Made by a program: the position numbers and the translations under genes. Below are positions 26,062 to 38,970 of a stretch of 64,000 nt of DNA, piece by piece (the stretch's first letter is position 1; each line of letters begins with the position of its first letter). The notes beneath the pieces were generated by a model. It was not told the DNA's origin, made no database searches, and was given only the letters and a program-made list of their open reading frames with translations. The DNA comes from Eledone cirrhosa (lineage: Eukaryota), in assembly GCA_964016885.1 (NCBI GenBank), contig OZ024744.1, positions 63,426,001 to 63,490,000 of the forward strand, written 5' to 3'.

Positions 26062-27969
26062 ATGACGTGCCGGCGTTGTATGGGCTTCGAAAAGACCATA
26101 AAACGGGCTGGGACCCTGTCACGGGACCACCAACACGACCAGTCTGTGGGGCTAACATTGCTAGTAACTACAGACTGTCCTACTTCCTCTCCCTGATCAT
26201 ACGCCCCATCATTGAGATGTCCCCAGATGTGTGTGACAGCACGGAGGACCTCCTCAGCAGAATCGGCGCGGGTAACCGATCTGGGGACCTAACAAACTGC
26301 ATAATAGGCAGTATGGATGTTGTGTCCTTGTATCCATCTATTGACGTGGATTTTGCTGTGGAGAAATGCGTAGAAATGATCAGCGGGAGTAAGGTTGAGT
26401 TCCGTGGGATTGATACCAGTGAGCTGGGACTTCTACTTAAGCTTACCCATAGTAATAGTTACCTAGACACTTATGACCTTAGCAACCTGTGCCCTACAAG
26501 ACCAGCAAGAGGCAGACCACCTACCATTACCTCAATGGCCAAGAAAACCCACACAGATAGATGGAACGGGTGGACCAGAGCCATACGGACACCCGAAAAC
26601 CACGATGAACTGAAGAAAATGATTGCACATGTGGTAGGGGCCAGCATAAAATTAACCCTTAAGGAACATATGTTCAAATTTAATGGTAAAACATATGCCC
26701 AAGAGGAAGGAGCAGCCATTGGTGTTAGCATTGCAGGCGACATAGCTAACTTATTCATGGTATGGTGGGACAGTAGACTTAAACAAAAACTTAATGAACA
26801 ATTAGAAGACAGCTTAACCCTGATAATGTACTCCCGCTACGTAGATGATATAAACATCGTAGTAAAAACACCCCCACTAAAGAACAGTCAGGAACTAGAG
26901 AAAAACACAATGGAAAGCATCCAGCAAATAGCAAACTCCATCCACCAGAACATTAGAGTTACTATAGACTACCCAAGTAGACACCCCCAACCATCGATTA
27001 CCTGTACTAGACACAGAGCTCTGGTTAGATACTATTAACAACCAAAAACAAATCCTCCATTCCCATTATGCCAAACCCATGACTTCCAAACATCTGATCC
27101 ACCGAAACTCGGCCATTTCGGACCATACCAAAATCAACATACTGATTGCGGATTTGGTACGGGTGATGAGAAATGTGTCCCGCATGTGCAACCCCGAAGA
27201 ACTAGAGAGACACATACAACACTTCATCCACCGTATGCAGTTCTCTGGCTACAATCAGAGAGATAGAATCAGAGTGTATAAAGGAGCCAGAACCAAATGG
27301 GAAAAAATGGTAAATAATGACATAAATGGGACCTGCCCCTTGTATAGGAGAAAATTTTGGAATAGAATAGAAAGAACTAGGAACAAGGCCAATAGAATAA
27401 ACTCATGGTATGATAGCAATAAATACCAGAGTGTAATGTTCATCAATACAACCCCTAGAGGCGAACTAGCCTACAAATTTAGAAGGGCCCTAAATAAACA
27501 TAATCTCAATATTAAGATAGTAGAAAGACCTGGTACCTCCGTAAAAACACTTATTAGCAAGACATACCCGTTCCAAAGACCCTCATGTATAGATAAGAAA
27601 TGTATAACCTGTAAAATAAGCCCCCATATTAACTGTAAAACTAGAAATGTAGTGTATAGCATAAGATGTACTGAAGGACAATGTAGAAACAAAAATATAG
27701 TGTACATAGGTGAGACAGCTCGTAGTATAGGGGAACGAATAAATGAACACTGGCGAGACCTCCAAGATAATAAAGAATCATCTGTGCTCTACCAACATGC
27801 TAAGATAGAACACAGGGGTAGATTAGAGAACATAGAAATAAAAATAGAATCCACGCACAGAAAAGACGCAATGTTTGGGCAAATTACAGAGGCAGTAAGC
27901 ATAAAAGAATTAAAACCAAAATTAAATAGAAAATATGAGTGGAACAGCAACATCACAACTTACAATTAA
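26062..27969 (+). mobile_element. Penelope-like element: RT plus C-terminal GIY-YIG endonuclease, one frameshift near 26990, 5'-truncated
   Basis: RPVC, SMDVVSLYPSI, GAAIG, RYVDD; Cys linker CIDKKCITC...C; NVVY...YIGET, conserved R, H and E; LNRK. The Cys linker suggests a Neptune/Nematis-like clade. Confidence 0.9.
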
Positions 27970-28458
27970 GGACAAAATGAAAACACACACACACATAGAA
28001 CAAACAACTTACAATTGAAAACACACACAAAATTAAAACACACACAGGACAAAATGAAAACACACACACACATAGAACAAACAACCAACCAACAATAAAT
28101 AAATAAACAAATAGAAAAATGAACACAAACACACACAGACACCCGGATGTGGCACATGCGCAAACTGAGCACACAACACACACACAGAAACAAAATGGCG
28201 TAGGATAGAAGAAAGAAAAGGCACAGAAACGAAGAAAGGAATCCCCAGTCACTGAAGAGGTCACAGAGTGTGTGACGAAAGGACTATGACTATATATATA
28301 AACAACTATCTGGTTGTGGAACCAACCAACCAACCAGAAATTTATAATTTATAAGTTTGTAGATTTGTAAATTTATAAATTTATAAATATATAATAAATT
28401 GAAGTGAAAGCAACTGGTGCGTGTGTTTCTTATTGGCAACATGACCCTCCCAAAGTAT

Positions 28459-28465
<7 letters not shown>
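27970..28465 (+). repeat. PLE 3' pseudo-LTR
   Basis: Follows the PLE stop codon, contains a hammerhead motif and ends ATGACCCTCCCAAAGTATAACAATA next to (TA)n. Solo homologue at ~37040-37360. Confidence 0.75.
28247..28291 (+). ncRNA. minimal type I hammerhead ribozyme motif
   Basis: AGTCA-CTGAAGA-G-GTCACA/TGTGAC-GAAA-GGAC-TA-TGACT; stem I AGTCA/TGACT is perfect. Confidence 0.7.
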
Positions 28466-28545
<80 letters not shown>

Positions 28546-28548
<3 letters not shown>

Positions 28549-28942
28549 AGTGACCTACATTCCGCGGGCTCACATACATTCTCTGTGCGTGATTTGGCTC
28601 AGCTCAGCCAATCAACGCCAGTAGAAGAGGATGTATCCCTACGCGCCCTGAGGGAGAAATTCCCCGCGAAGATTTGAAGAATCTCTCTCTCGCACCCGGA
28701 ACTTCGAACCAGCAACACGTACATGTGACGGTGAGATTTTGCACTTTGGCCTGCCGGCTTTCCGGCACAATGGCACATTCCCTTTTGTAACCTCATTTTA
28801 TGTGTAACTTCAACCATACAAGTTAACAAACATTATTTGTGCTACAACAAAAATAAACATACATTTCATCTCTAATTTCTGCTGTTGACATTATTATTAT
28901 GTTACTCGTGTCTCAATAACATTTATATACTACGCTGCTAAA
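28546..28942 (+). mobile_element. solo LTR (family B)
   Basis: Starts TGTAG, closely similar to 53625-54019, inserted between (TG)n and (TA)n. Confidence 0.85.
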
Positions 28943-29009
28943 TATATATATATATATATGTATGTATGTATATATATATGTATGTTTTCTCTTTCTCTTA
29001 ATTTCGAGT

Positions 29010-30212
29010 ATATTTTTTTTGACCGGCCACCTTCCTGGTGGCAAGGTTGTAAAAGAAAAGAAATTGTCATCCCTTGAATCGCAAGAATGTTTTGCAAATT
29101 TTTAAGGTGCCAGCTATTGCAGCCATTTGTAGACTATGAATTAGGGAGCTGCGCTTTTTGTCCGCAAATCCAAGTTCAGTCATACTTTGGTCCAAGCGGG
29201 TTGGTATATAACCCGTAGCTCCAATAATGATGGGTATGAAGCTAAAAATGTATCTTGGATACTGGATTTGTAAACTCCTCATCAATGGTCTGTAGATGTC
29301 CTCCTTCTGTATTTTTCTTACAACGTTTACATCAAGTGGGCAGCTGATCTCTACAACAGAACACGTTTTCAATGTGTGGTCCCAAACAACAATATCAGGC
29401 CGGTTGTGCTTTAATTTGGTGGCAGTTTTTATTTTCAGGTTCCACCAGTATTCCTTAGTGCCATCTGTCTCAATATATTCTTCCTCGTTTGTTGTTAATT
29501 TTGTTTTCCGAAGTGCGTTCCAGATGGTTCTAGCTCTCCCATCGTGTCTCATGGGGAGGTAGTAGCGAGATGACATTCTTTCGCAGCTGGCAACAATGTG
29601 GCTTACATCCTCGATCTTTGTTTTACATAGCCTACATTTATTGTCAGCTGCTGGCCCTCATCTTTTGTGTAGCAGATATTTGGTAGGGAGTTCTTGTTCC
29701 TGTATTGCATAGAGATATCCCTCAAGGTGTGATGTCATAAACTTGTCGGAACTCCATGCCAGGCTTTTTGAGTGGTTTATCCCCTCTATGGTCTGTGTTT
29801 TACGTCTCAAGTATCCATGCACAACTTTTTCTGTAAATTGGTCAATTTTTTTATCTTGTTTGAACATTGAATAGGATCTTCCGATTTCTCTGGGTGAGAG
29901 ATTTATATCAGGCTTTATTCCATATCTCTCCTCCAGATCAGTCACTATTCTAATGATATTTTTTTTTCATGCTCATAAACCTGGGCAAGATGGTTGCCAA
30001 CCTTTTTCCTCTGTTGAAGGTGTTGCTTCAGTGTTACTATCCGGGTCTCATATGTTGTTAATATTGATTTTAGACCCCAGCCACCTTCCTTGCGTGAGAA
30101 GTATAGCCTATCCACATCACCATTGATGTTAAAGTTCCCAGTAACACTGAGAAGTTTGCGAGTTCTAACATCCATCTCACTTAGTTCTTGCAATGACCAG
30201 TTCAGCAGGCTA
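29010..30212 (-). mobile_element. R4/Dong-type RLE non-LTR retrotransposon, 3' fragment
   Basis: CRLC...H...C zinc knuckle, RHD, HNRPDIVVWD...EISCP...K, PIIIGATG. Confidence 0.85.
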
Positions 30213-30436
30213 AATGTATGTATGTATGTATGTATGTTCTTCTGGTTTTATAATTTCACAAAGTTTTACCAATAGAGAGAGAGTCGGTTTCTAACATAGA
30301 CACAAGACTCTCTCATTGGAATTTACACAACATCAACTAGACAGATATGTTTGTATGCATGCATGTGTAGATATGGATGTTATTGTATGTGTGCATGTGT
30401 ATATGCTTTGTATCTGTACATGTGTATATGCAGTTA

Positions 30437-33192
30437 TTAGATGCAAAATTTTTGGGATGTTTTACATATTTTTACTTTTCCATTAATGGATTGTACTTGT
30501 AGTTTCCTAACTAGTTGTGTTCTTTCTGTTCCTGTGAAGCCTAGCTTCTCAAGATTAGTATTGAGACAGTTACTAACATATCCCAGTGCCCCAATAATCA
30601 CAGGTATAAATCTGAAGGTATAATCAGGGTGGAGTATCTGCAGATTTCTCATCAGTTCTGCATAAATATTCTCCTTTTCACTAATCTTTGATATTATATT
30701 GGCATCTGCTGGGCAGCTAATTTCCACTACTGTGCATGTTTTCTTCTCCCCCTCCCATATCATAATATCTGGTCTGTTATGCCTGCATTTTATTGGGGTT
30801 TTTACTAGAACTTTCCACCAGTACTCTTTCATATTATGTACATGGATGTCTTCCACATTGTTGTAGCTTTTAATGTGTTTATTATCGATGCTATCTTTTT
30901 TACAAACTGCATTGTACAGTGTTTTGGCCACTACATCATGGCTCATAGGTAGATAGTACCGCGATGACATCTTTGGGCAGCTGCTGATGACATGGGTGAT
31001 ATCCTCGATGTTAGTTCTGCAGAGTCTGCACTTGTTATCACATCTAGGTGTTTTGCCTGCATCCCTATCTCTTTTGTGAATCAGGTATTTCGTGCTAATC
31101 TTCTGTTCTAGGATTGCAAAAGCGTATCCTTCAAAGTGGGAGCCAATATAGCGGTTGTTGGTCCAAGATAGACTACTTTCCTTATCTATATTACTCTCAC
31201 TCTGGAGCTTCCTGGCAACATATCCATGCATGATTTTTTGCTGATAGGCATGCAGTTTTTCATCCATGGATTCACTGTGATACTGCTGAGCGACATCCCT
31301 GGGTGTGAGTTTTTGATTATCACACAGGGAATATCTCTCAAGGAGTTCCTTCCCAACTCTCATGATCTTATCTGTTTCATGCAGATAGACTTGCTCGAGA
31401 AGCGGGCTCCTACGCTTCGAGGTTCGTAGATGTTGTCGGAGAGATATGATGCGACATTCAAATGTTGTCTGGACTAATGTTAGGCCTCTGCCTTCAGTAT
31501 TTTTCGAGTTCCAACATCAACTGCTCGGATTTCGTCTATCGTCCAATTGAGTATTCCAAACGTTGGTGTTAGGACAGGCACAGCAAACACATTGTGAGCC
31601 ACTGTTTTGTTTTGCGCAGAGAGTTCCGATGACCAGATCTTTCTTAATCGGGTGTGTTCCCTGGTTACGCGTTCTTTATTACAGATACCATTATAGGATA
31701 TGTTCTCATCTATCCCCAGGTATCTGTAGCAGTCCTCATCAGATATCGGTGAAACAGTTAGACCATTGATGACAATGTTGCTAGATTGGGTTGTTGTTTT
31801 TCCCCGCTTTACAGTCATGTATGAGCATTTATCTTGGCCAAACTCCATTCCTATATCCTTTGAGAACGTTGTAACAGGTCAAGATTTTTCTTCATCCCAT
31901 CCGTGTTCTTGGCATAGAGTTTCAGATCGTCCACAAAGAAATTATGGGTTAGGTTCGTATTTCTGTCCTCCTGTGAGCCAATGATGTATCCCTCACATTT
32001 CTTGAGCAGAAAGGACAAGGGGTTTAATGACAAGATGAACAATATCACAGAGACTGTCCCCCTGAAATATACCCCTGCAATATTTTATTTTATCAGTGAA
32101 AATAGAGTCCTTCTTCTCTGTCTTTAACCTTAGGATAGTAGCCCAAGAAGAAGACAGCCTCTCTATGGCTCTGACAATAATGTCTGGGACTTTAGCAAGT
32201 TGGAGGGCCTCTATCATCCAAGAGTGGGGAACAGAATCGAAAGCTTTCTTGTAGTCCAGCCAGACTGTAGTCATATTCCTCCTAAGTTGTCGCACCTCCG
32301 ACATCGCAGTTTTGTTGATTAGGAGTTGTTCAGCACATCCCCAAACCCTTTTCTTTCCAGCTGCTTGTTCCTCTGTGATGGTGTTATTATTTTCACAGTG
32401 ATCTTGGAGGAATAGGTTCAGGTAGGCTGTATACATCTTATACATCAGGTTCTGTCATGCAATGGGTCGGTAGTTTTTTGCCAAGTGGGTGTCTTTGTTC
32501 TTGGGGACCAGTAACGTTTGTGCTAATGTCAACCATTCTGGTATAAGTGTATCTCCCTTAAGAACTTGTTGGTAGAGGTCAGTAAGATACCACCGATAGA
32601 ATATTAGTTTTTTGTACCAGTAGCCGACAATCATGTCTCTTCCTGGTGTTTTCTTATCTTGGAGTTTTCCTATCACAGTCTCAAGGGTACCCTCACTTAT
32701 TTCGTATGTTTTTGTTGTAGTGTAGGAGCAATAGTTCTTTCGGATTTCTCCTAGCCACACTGCATCTTGGTTGAAATTCTTCTTTTCACCCCATATTTTG
32801 CTCCAAAAGGAATCTATGTCTTTCTGGGATGGGGCCTCAGTGACACTTATTATTTTGCCCTTCATATCTCTATAGACTGATGTTTGGTTTCGTCTGAATC
32901 TTTTATTAAGCATTTTTCTCTCATCTACCTTCTTCAGGTATCGGCGTTTTTCGCTAACAGCTCTCAATTCTTGTTTGAGGGTGATCAGCTTATATTGGAG
33001 AGTTCTGGTTCTACTGTTACCAAACATCGTCTCTATTTTATTTTTCACTCTTTGTTGGTGAGGAATGAGGTTTTTTTGTGTTTGTTTGCATGTAAGGAGC
33101 ATTGTCACATGTCCTATGTTTTTTCGTAGGTCAGCACTCTTTTTTTCTATTTTAGTTATATATGATGGTATTTTTGGTGGTGTTTTGTTCTT
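30437..33192 (-). mobile_element. R4/Dong-type RLE non-LTR retrotransposon, RT plus RLE, disrupted
   Basis: NYRPI, WLDYKKAFDSVPHSW, RGIFQGDSL, FVDDLKLY, YRYLGI, CRLC, RPDIMIW. Confidence 0.9.
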
Positions 33193-33203
33193 GTATGTAT
33201 GTA

Positions 33204-33239
<36 letters not shown>

Positions 33240-33590
33240 AGCAAAGGGAAATTTAATTTGTTGGTAATTCAACAAATATATACATTTATAACAGATTCGA
33301 AGCACTCGACAAGTTTTCTGGTGTATAATATCAATGATATTAACAAATGGAAACTATATTTATAAAACCATATTTATTCTATTATATATATTTCAAGGGT
33401 ACCAAAACTTTCATCAGATAAAATACAAAGTTTGTTTTATAAATATTGACATATCTAGGAATGAGACCGTAACGGTTAAGTTTTATCCAGTCGGTGTGCC
33501 ATTCAAAGCTCTCAATGCTGTTACGCGACTCTTTTGTTTGGGTTGAATTCCAGAGTTACAGCTGTAGAGTGCAGAGTGTAATATATATAT

Positions 33591-33850
33591 AGATTTAAAA
33601 GAGTCAAAGTCAGTGTTACAGCATATGTACAAACTTTATTTGCATATTACAATTGTTTTGATATCAATCAGCTCCTTTTTAGTTTAGATGTCTCTTTGCA
33701 CATATAAGCTCACATATCTGATGAGATATCGAAAAAGAGTTGGGCCCCGTCCCCTTGATTGTAGCCTGAGCTGATCGATATTGAAACAATTGTAATATGC
33801 AAATAAAGTGTGTACATATGCTGCAACACTGACATCGATTCTTTAAATCT
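33591..33850. repeat. ~84-bp inverted repeat with 93-bp spacer (inverted PLE pseudo-LTR remnant)
   Basis: 33591-33674 is an imperfect reverse complement of 33768-33850; flanked by TA repeats. Confidence 0.85.
33713..33799 (+). ncRNA. type I hammerhead ribozyme motif with long loop II
   Basis: CATAT-CTGATGA-GATATCGA...TCGATATT-GAAA-CAATTG-TA-ATATG; all three stems can pair. Confidence 0.7.
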
Positions 33851-33864
33851 CTCTATATATAGCG

Positions 33865-36800
33865 TACACCAAGAGTATAATAGCTAGAATAAGGATAGGA
33901 TGGAAGAAATTTAGAGAACTATTCCCACTGTTGACAACAAAAGGTTTCTCTCTACATACAAAAGAAGGCTGTATAATGTCTATGTGCAGTGCACGATGCT
34001 GACTGGTATATATATGTGTCTGTGTGACAACATATCTAACCCATGTAAGTGTGCAAAAATGTACATTAAACTATGATGATGAAACAATCAGGTCAGGTGT
34101 GTGTAGATCCTTAATGAAACGAATATTTAAACTTTACTTCAGTTTTGAGTACTCTTTTTTCTCAGCTGTCAACTACATATGGATATGTGTATGTGTGTGA
34201 GTCTATGTGGGTGTGCGTGTGTGTGTGTATATGTATAGAAAAAAGTGCCATGAAATCCCAGTGAAAGGTCTCAAAATATTGCGGCTCATAGCAGAGATGA
34301 CAAAGAAAGACAACTATTGGAAAGACAGTGTGTTGAAGAGAACACATGCTAACATGGAGAAACAGGTGTAAAATGGTTATGATGATGATATGTGTATATG
34401 TAGGTAGGAAGGTAGGTAATGCGTTTATTTAGAAGTCCAACATGCAGGTAGGCATTCACAAAGGCTCAGTCCTCAGCCAATTTCCGTGTATTTTTACTTC
34501 TCTAAGCTATAACAGAGGCATTTATGACAGGATATCCATGGGAACTTTTGCATGCTGGCAACCTGGTTATTATTGCTGAATCTGTGGAAGAACTACAGAA
34601 GACATTTCTACTATGGAAACAGAACTTAGAATCAAAAGGAGTCATAGCAAACTTAGCAAATATTAACCTCTTCAGTACCATAGACAAGAGAACTCGTCAT
34701 AACATGTTTGAACTTGTTACCAACAGTTCATAACTTCAAAATTATGAACTCGTTTCCGACAGTCGTAACATCAAAGCTAGATGGGGTTACTAGTTTATTG
34801 CTGTGATGTTTGTCAATCATTCAGATATGTGTTGTTAATAAATGTTTGTTTTAAAAAATAATCATTTTACTGAAAAAAAATCCACCACCGCAACTGCAGC
34901 TGTATAAAATATATGCTGCAGTCAACAGGTTAAAGTCTTTAGGAAGTTGGAAATAAGACAGGAATCTGATTCCATCAAAGAAGTGGCCACACACAATATG
35001 TAAAAAAGCAGTAGAGGGGAACTTTAGATGAATTCAAATTATAGGTACAACCAATTTTTGCCAGCTGAGGGGATTGGAGCATGCAAAATAAAGTGTCTTG
35101 TTCAAGGACACACTGCACCGCCAGGAATCAAAATCATAACTTTTTGATTGTGAGCCAAATATCCTATCAACAAAGCCTCATGCCTTGACAGGATGTACAC
35201 AAGAGATGTAGTGGGGTTGACTTTATATGTGAGAGATGCGGGGCGGTAGTTAGTAGTAAGAAACCCAGTGTAATAGATTTTCTTCAAACCAGTGAAAGTT
35301 CCATAGAAATCATTGATAGCCTTTGTTACTTAGGTGTCCTTACCAGCAGTGGAGGATGCTGCTCTGAAAGTATAATAGTTATAATAAGAATAGGATGGAA
35401 AAAACTCAGAGTTACCATCTCTGATGACAACAGAAAGTTTCTCTATGAATGAAAAACTGACTCTATGATGCCTACATGTGAAATGTGTTGCTATATGTTA
35501 GTGAGACATGGGCAGTGCAGAGGATATGTGAAGGCTGGAGAGAAATGGAGCAAGCATACTTCAAAGGATGTGTAATGTGTATTTAATGACAAAACATGAA
35601 TATCATTATCATCATCGTTTGTTACGTCCATTTGATGATGATGGTGATGCTTGTGTTTGTGGAAGAATGCCTTGTAAGAGCAGTGCAAGCCATGTACAGA
35701 AGAGCTGTCTATAAAGTGTGAGTAAGTAATGAGTTTAATGAGGAATTTCCTGTGCAAATACGTGTTTATCAGGGCTTAGTCCCCAGCCCACTACTGTTTA
35801 TTATAGTTCTCCAGGCCATAACAGAGGAGTTTAAGACTGGTTGTCAATTGGAACTTCTGTATGCTGACAACCTGGTTCTTATAGCTGATCTATGGAAACA
35901 CTAGCAAAGAAAATCTTACTGAGCAAACAGAACTTAGAATCAAAAGGACTCCAAGGAAACCTAGCATATTTTTAGTAAGTAGGAAAGAAAATAGGACCCT
36001 GATTCCATCAGGGATGTGGCCTTACTCAATATGTAGAAAGGAAGTAGGCAGAAACTCTATAAAATGTACACTATGCAAATTTGGGGTAGACAAGATATGT
36101 AGCGGGATTGCAAGCAGACTAACAGGAAAGGAAGATATTGTATATAGTAGATGTTTAGGGATAATTGGTAGTGAGAGTAGCTATGAAATAAACTTTTTCC
36201 AATCCCAGGAAGGATTCATAACAGCGGTTGATAGCTTCTGCTACCTAGGTGACTTTACTAACAGTGGAGCAGGTTGCACTGAGAGCACAGAAGCTAAATT
36301 AAGGACAAGGTGGAACAAGTTTAGGTAGCTACTACCTTTTTGACAACAAAAGGTTTCTCTATGAATGAAAAGCTGGAAGTGTGATGCCTGTGTGCTGTGT
36401 GTGGTATATGATGTTGCATGGTAGGAAGACGAGCAGTGGCAGTAGAAGATATGTGAAGGCTGGAGAGAAATAAAAGAAGCATGCTTTGATGGGTGTGCAA
36501 TGAATGATTACATTTCTTGCACATCCATAGATTACACCTTATGCACAGTATGGAATTTCTGACGTATTGAACATAGAGACTTCCCTGATTTATCAGCCTC
36601 CTGTCCTCTTTCCTACTTATTAAGACTTTTGTCTTTACTAAGTTTACTTTTTGGTCTTTTGATTTTAGATTTTCAATCCATGACTCTAATTCTTGCACTG
36701 ATTCAACTATAAGGACTATGTTACAGGAAAAAGAAGATCCCATGGACAACCAGTTTTAAACTCTTCTATTGTAGCCTGGAGTACAATGACAAACAGAAAT

Positions 36801-37030
36801 CAAATAAGGACTGAACTATGGTGGATCCCCACCTAGGCTCCAAATTCATCACTGTACCATGCTGGTTATACTTCTTTACATGTCTTGCAAAGTCTTATGG
36901 CTAACTTCCTTAGCATTTGTCAGATTATTGTTGAAAGCCTTCTTCAGATCCACAAATGCAGTTGTCACACTAGAAAGAAAGCATTGGTAGTATTCCTACC
37001 TGGCATAAAATTGAACTGCATCTCATGAAG
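33865..37030. mobile_element. cluster of degenerate RTE LINE fragments (plus strand to ~36500, minus strand 36505-37030)
   Basis: PWELL..L, WKQNLESKG, VDSFCYLGD, RTRWNKFR motifs. Confidence 0.75.
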
Positions 37031-37039
37031 CTTGATTCT

Positions 37040-37360
37040 CTCCCGGATGTAACACATGCACAAACTAAGCACACAATACACAACTCACAACACACAACAC
37101 ACGAAAACAAGATGGTGTAGGACAGAACAAAGGAGAGACACACAAAATAAAAACCTAGTCACTGAGGAGGTCACAGAATGTGTGACAAAAGAGCTTTGAC
37201 AATATATAAACAACCGTCCGGTTATCAAACCAACCAGCCAGAAACTTATAATAAATTGAAGTGAAAATTAACAGGTGCGTTTGTTTTTATTGGCAACATG
37301 ACCTTCCCTAAGTATAACAACACACGTTTCAACATGACCCTCCCAAAGTATAACAATATC
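37040..37360 (+). repeat. solo PLE pseudo-LTR with degenerate hammerhead (37157-37201)
   Basis: Homologous to 28150-28465; GAAA has become AAAA; terminal motif duplicated. Confidence 0.75.
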
Positions 37361-38589
37361 TGTTTCAACACACGTTTTCAGATAAGAAAGCTCGCAAAGC
37401 AAATTCAAAAATGAAGTATATATATATATATAATATTAAAAGGACAAATTGTTTTGCCTTCATTATGTTTATAGAGTCTTGGCGTGCGTTTCACTATTGA
37501 TCAGTTCGAGGTTCGATCTGTATCGATCTGACCCAAATCTGGAATCAAAAGCTCGTCGGACCTCTGCTGTCGTAATGAGAGAATGAACACATAAAGCATA
37601 GAGATGTCTGTAGTGGTTCGCAGTCACATGGTGGTCAGTTTGTGTTGTTTTGATTGGTGGTTTTGCTATGAGGAATATTTTAACATGAGTGATAGGTGGG
37701 GGTGGGGGATGAACATAATGATGAGGTGGGGGTGGGGGTGGGGAACAATGGTTGGTGTGAGTTGTGGGGTGTAGTGTTTTGGCTTATCATAGACATTGTG
37801 GCGTGTATGTGGTGAGGCAAAGGTGGTCGGTGTAGGTGTGGGAAGGCTATGCGTGTTGGAAGGTGAAAGGGTTCGATGCTGTACTAGGGGAGTGGGGGGG
37901 GGGGTCGCTGGTCAGCGGTTTGCTGGAGTGAGAGAAAAGGAAAGAGGAGAAATATAAGGGAAGTAGGTTAGGTTAGGGGTGGGGCATTGTTGTAACCTAC
38001 CTATAAATATTTCCTTAAGGGGTATTATCACTATAATGAATTAAAAATTGTGGTTAGTGTTTGAAAAGACTAAAATAAATAAAGAAAAGAAAAATTAATG
38101 TGTGGGTGGGGCAAAACACCGGTGTATTGTGTGAAGAGGATATCAGAAGAATATAAATATACATGTGTACACACACACATGTGCTCATATCCATAGATAC
38201 ATCCATATAAATATATGTACGCGTATATATCACCTCAGACGCGCAAACACCTTAAGGGTCAAATTTCATCTTCTCCAGAGGTCTTGCCACATTTGACTGC
38301 TTTAACCCTTTAGCATTTACATTACTCTATATTTACTATTATATTTTCATGGTAAAGGCTCTATCTCACATAATATCAAATCTATTTCTTTATTAGCCAC
38401 AAGGGTGCACAAGAAAGGGGGACAATATCAAATCTATTATTTATTTTGAGAACAATACCTTAACATTGATATGAGTGGCCAGTTACAGCCAGTTTTAACA
38501 GAAATAATTCTGGCTGGATACAGCCGGTTTAAATGCTAAAGTGTTAAATATTCTGGTGACCTCAGCCTCTAAATACACTTTTTGTATAT

Positions 38590-38970
38590 CAGAAGATGTT
38601 AGATCCCAGATTTAGGAGATCAGCAAAGTATTCTCTCCACTTCATGAGGATGCACCTCTCTTCAGAGAGAAGACCTTTCCTGGACAAGTTCCTGATAGCA
38701 AGCGTGGAGGAGAACTTCTTATGAAGTTGGCAGATGGTCTGCAGAATACTTTTTTTTGCTGATCTAAAGTTGAATTCCAGCTTAACACAAGGTCCTCCCA
38801 TGTCTTATCCTTGGACACCTTTATTGTCTCTGCTGAGACTTTTTGCACCTGCTTGTACCATGTGTGCAAGGAGGAAGACTTTCCAAGCCAAACTTTGTAA
38901 TCCACCTTCTTTACTTGGATGGCATCTTTCACCTCCTGGTCCTGGTTGGACCAAAGGTTCCTCATTTAAC
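38590..38970 (-). mobile_element. RTE-like LINE internal fragment
   Basis: EVKDAIQVKK...W and WREYFADLLN, typical of the EN-RT tether. Confidence 0.55.

Noticed and set aside
27953-28333. Cys/Val-rich minus-strand ORFs
   Set aside because: Antisense reading of the CA/A-rich pseudo-LTR.
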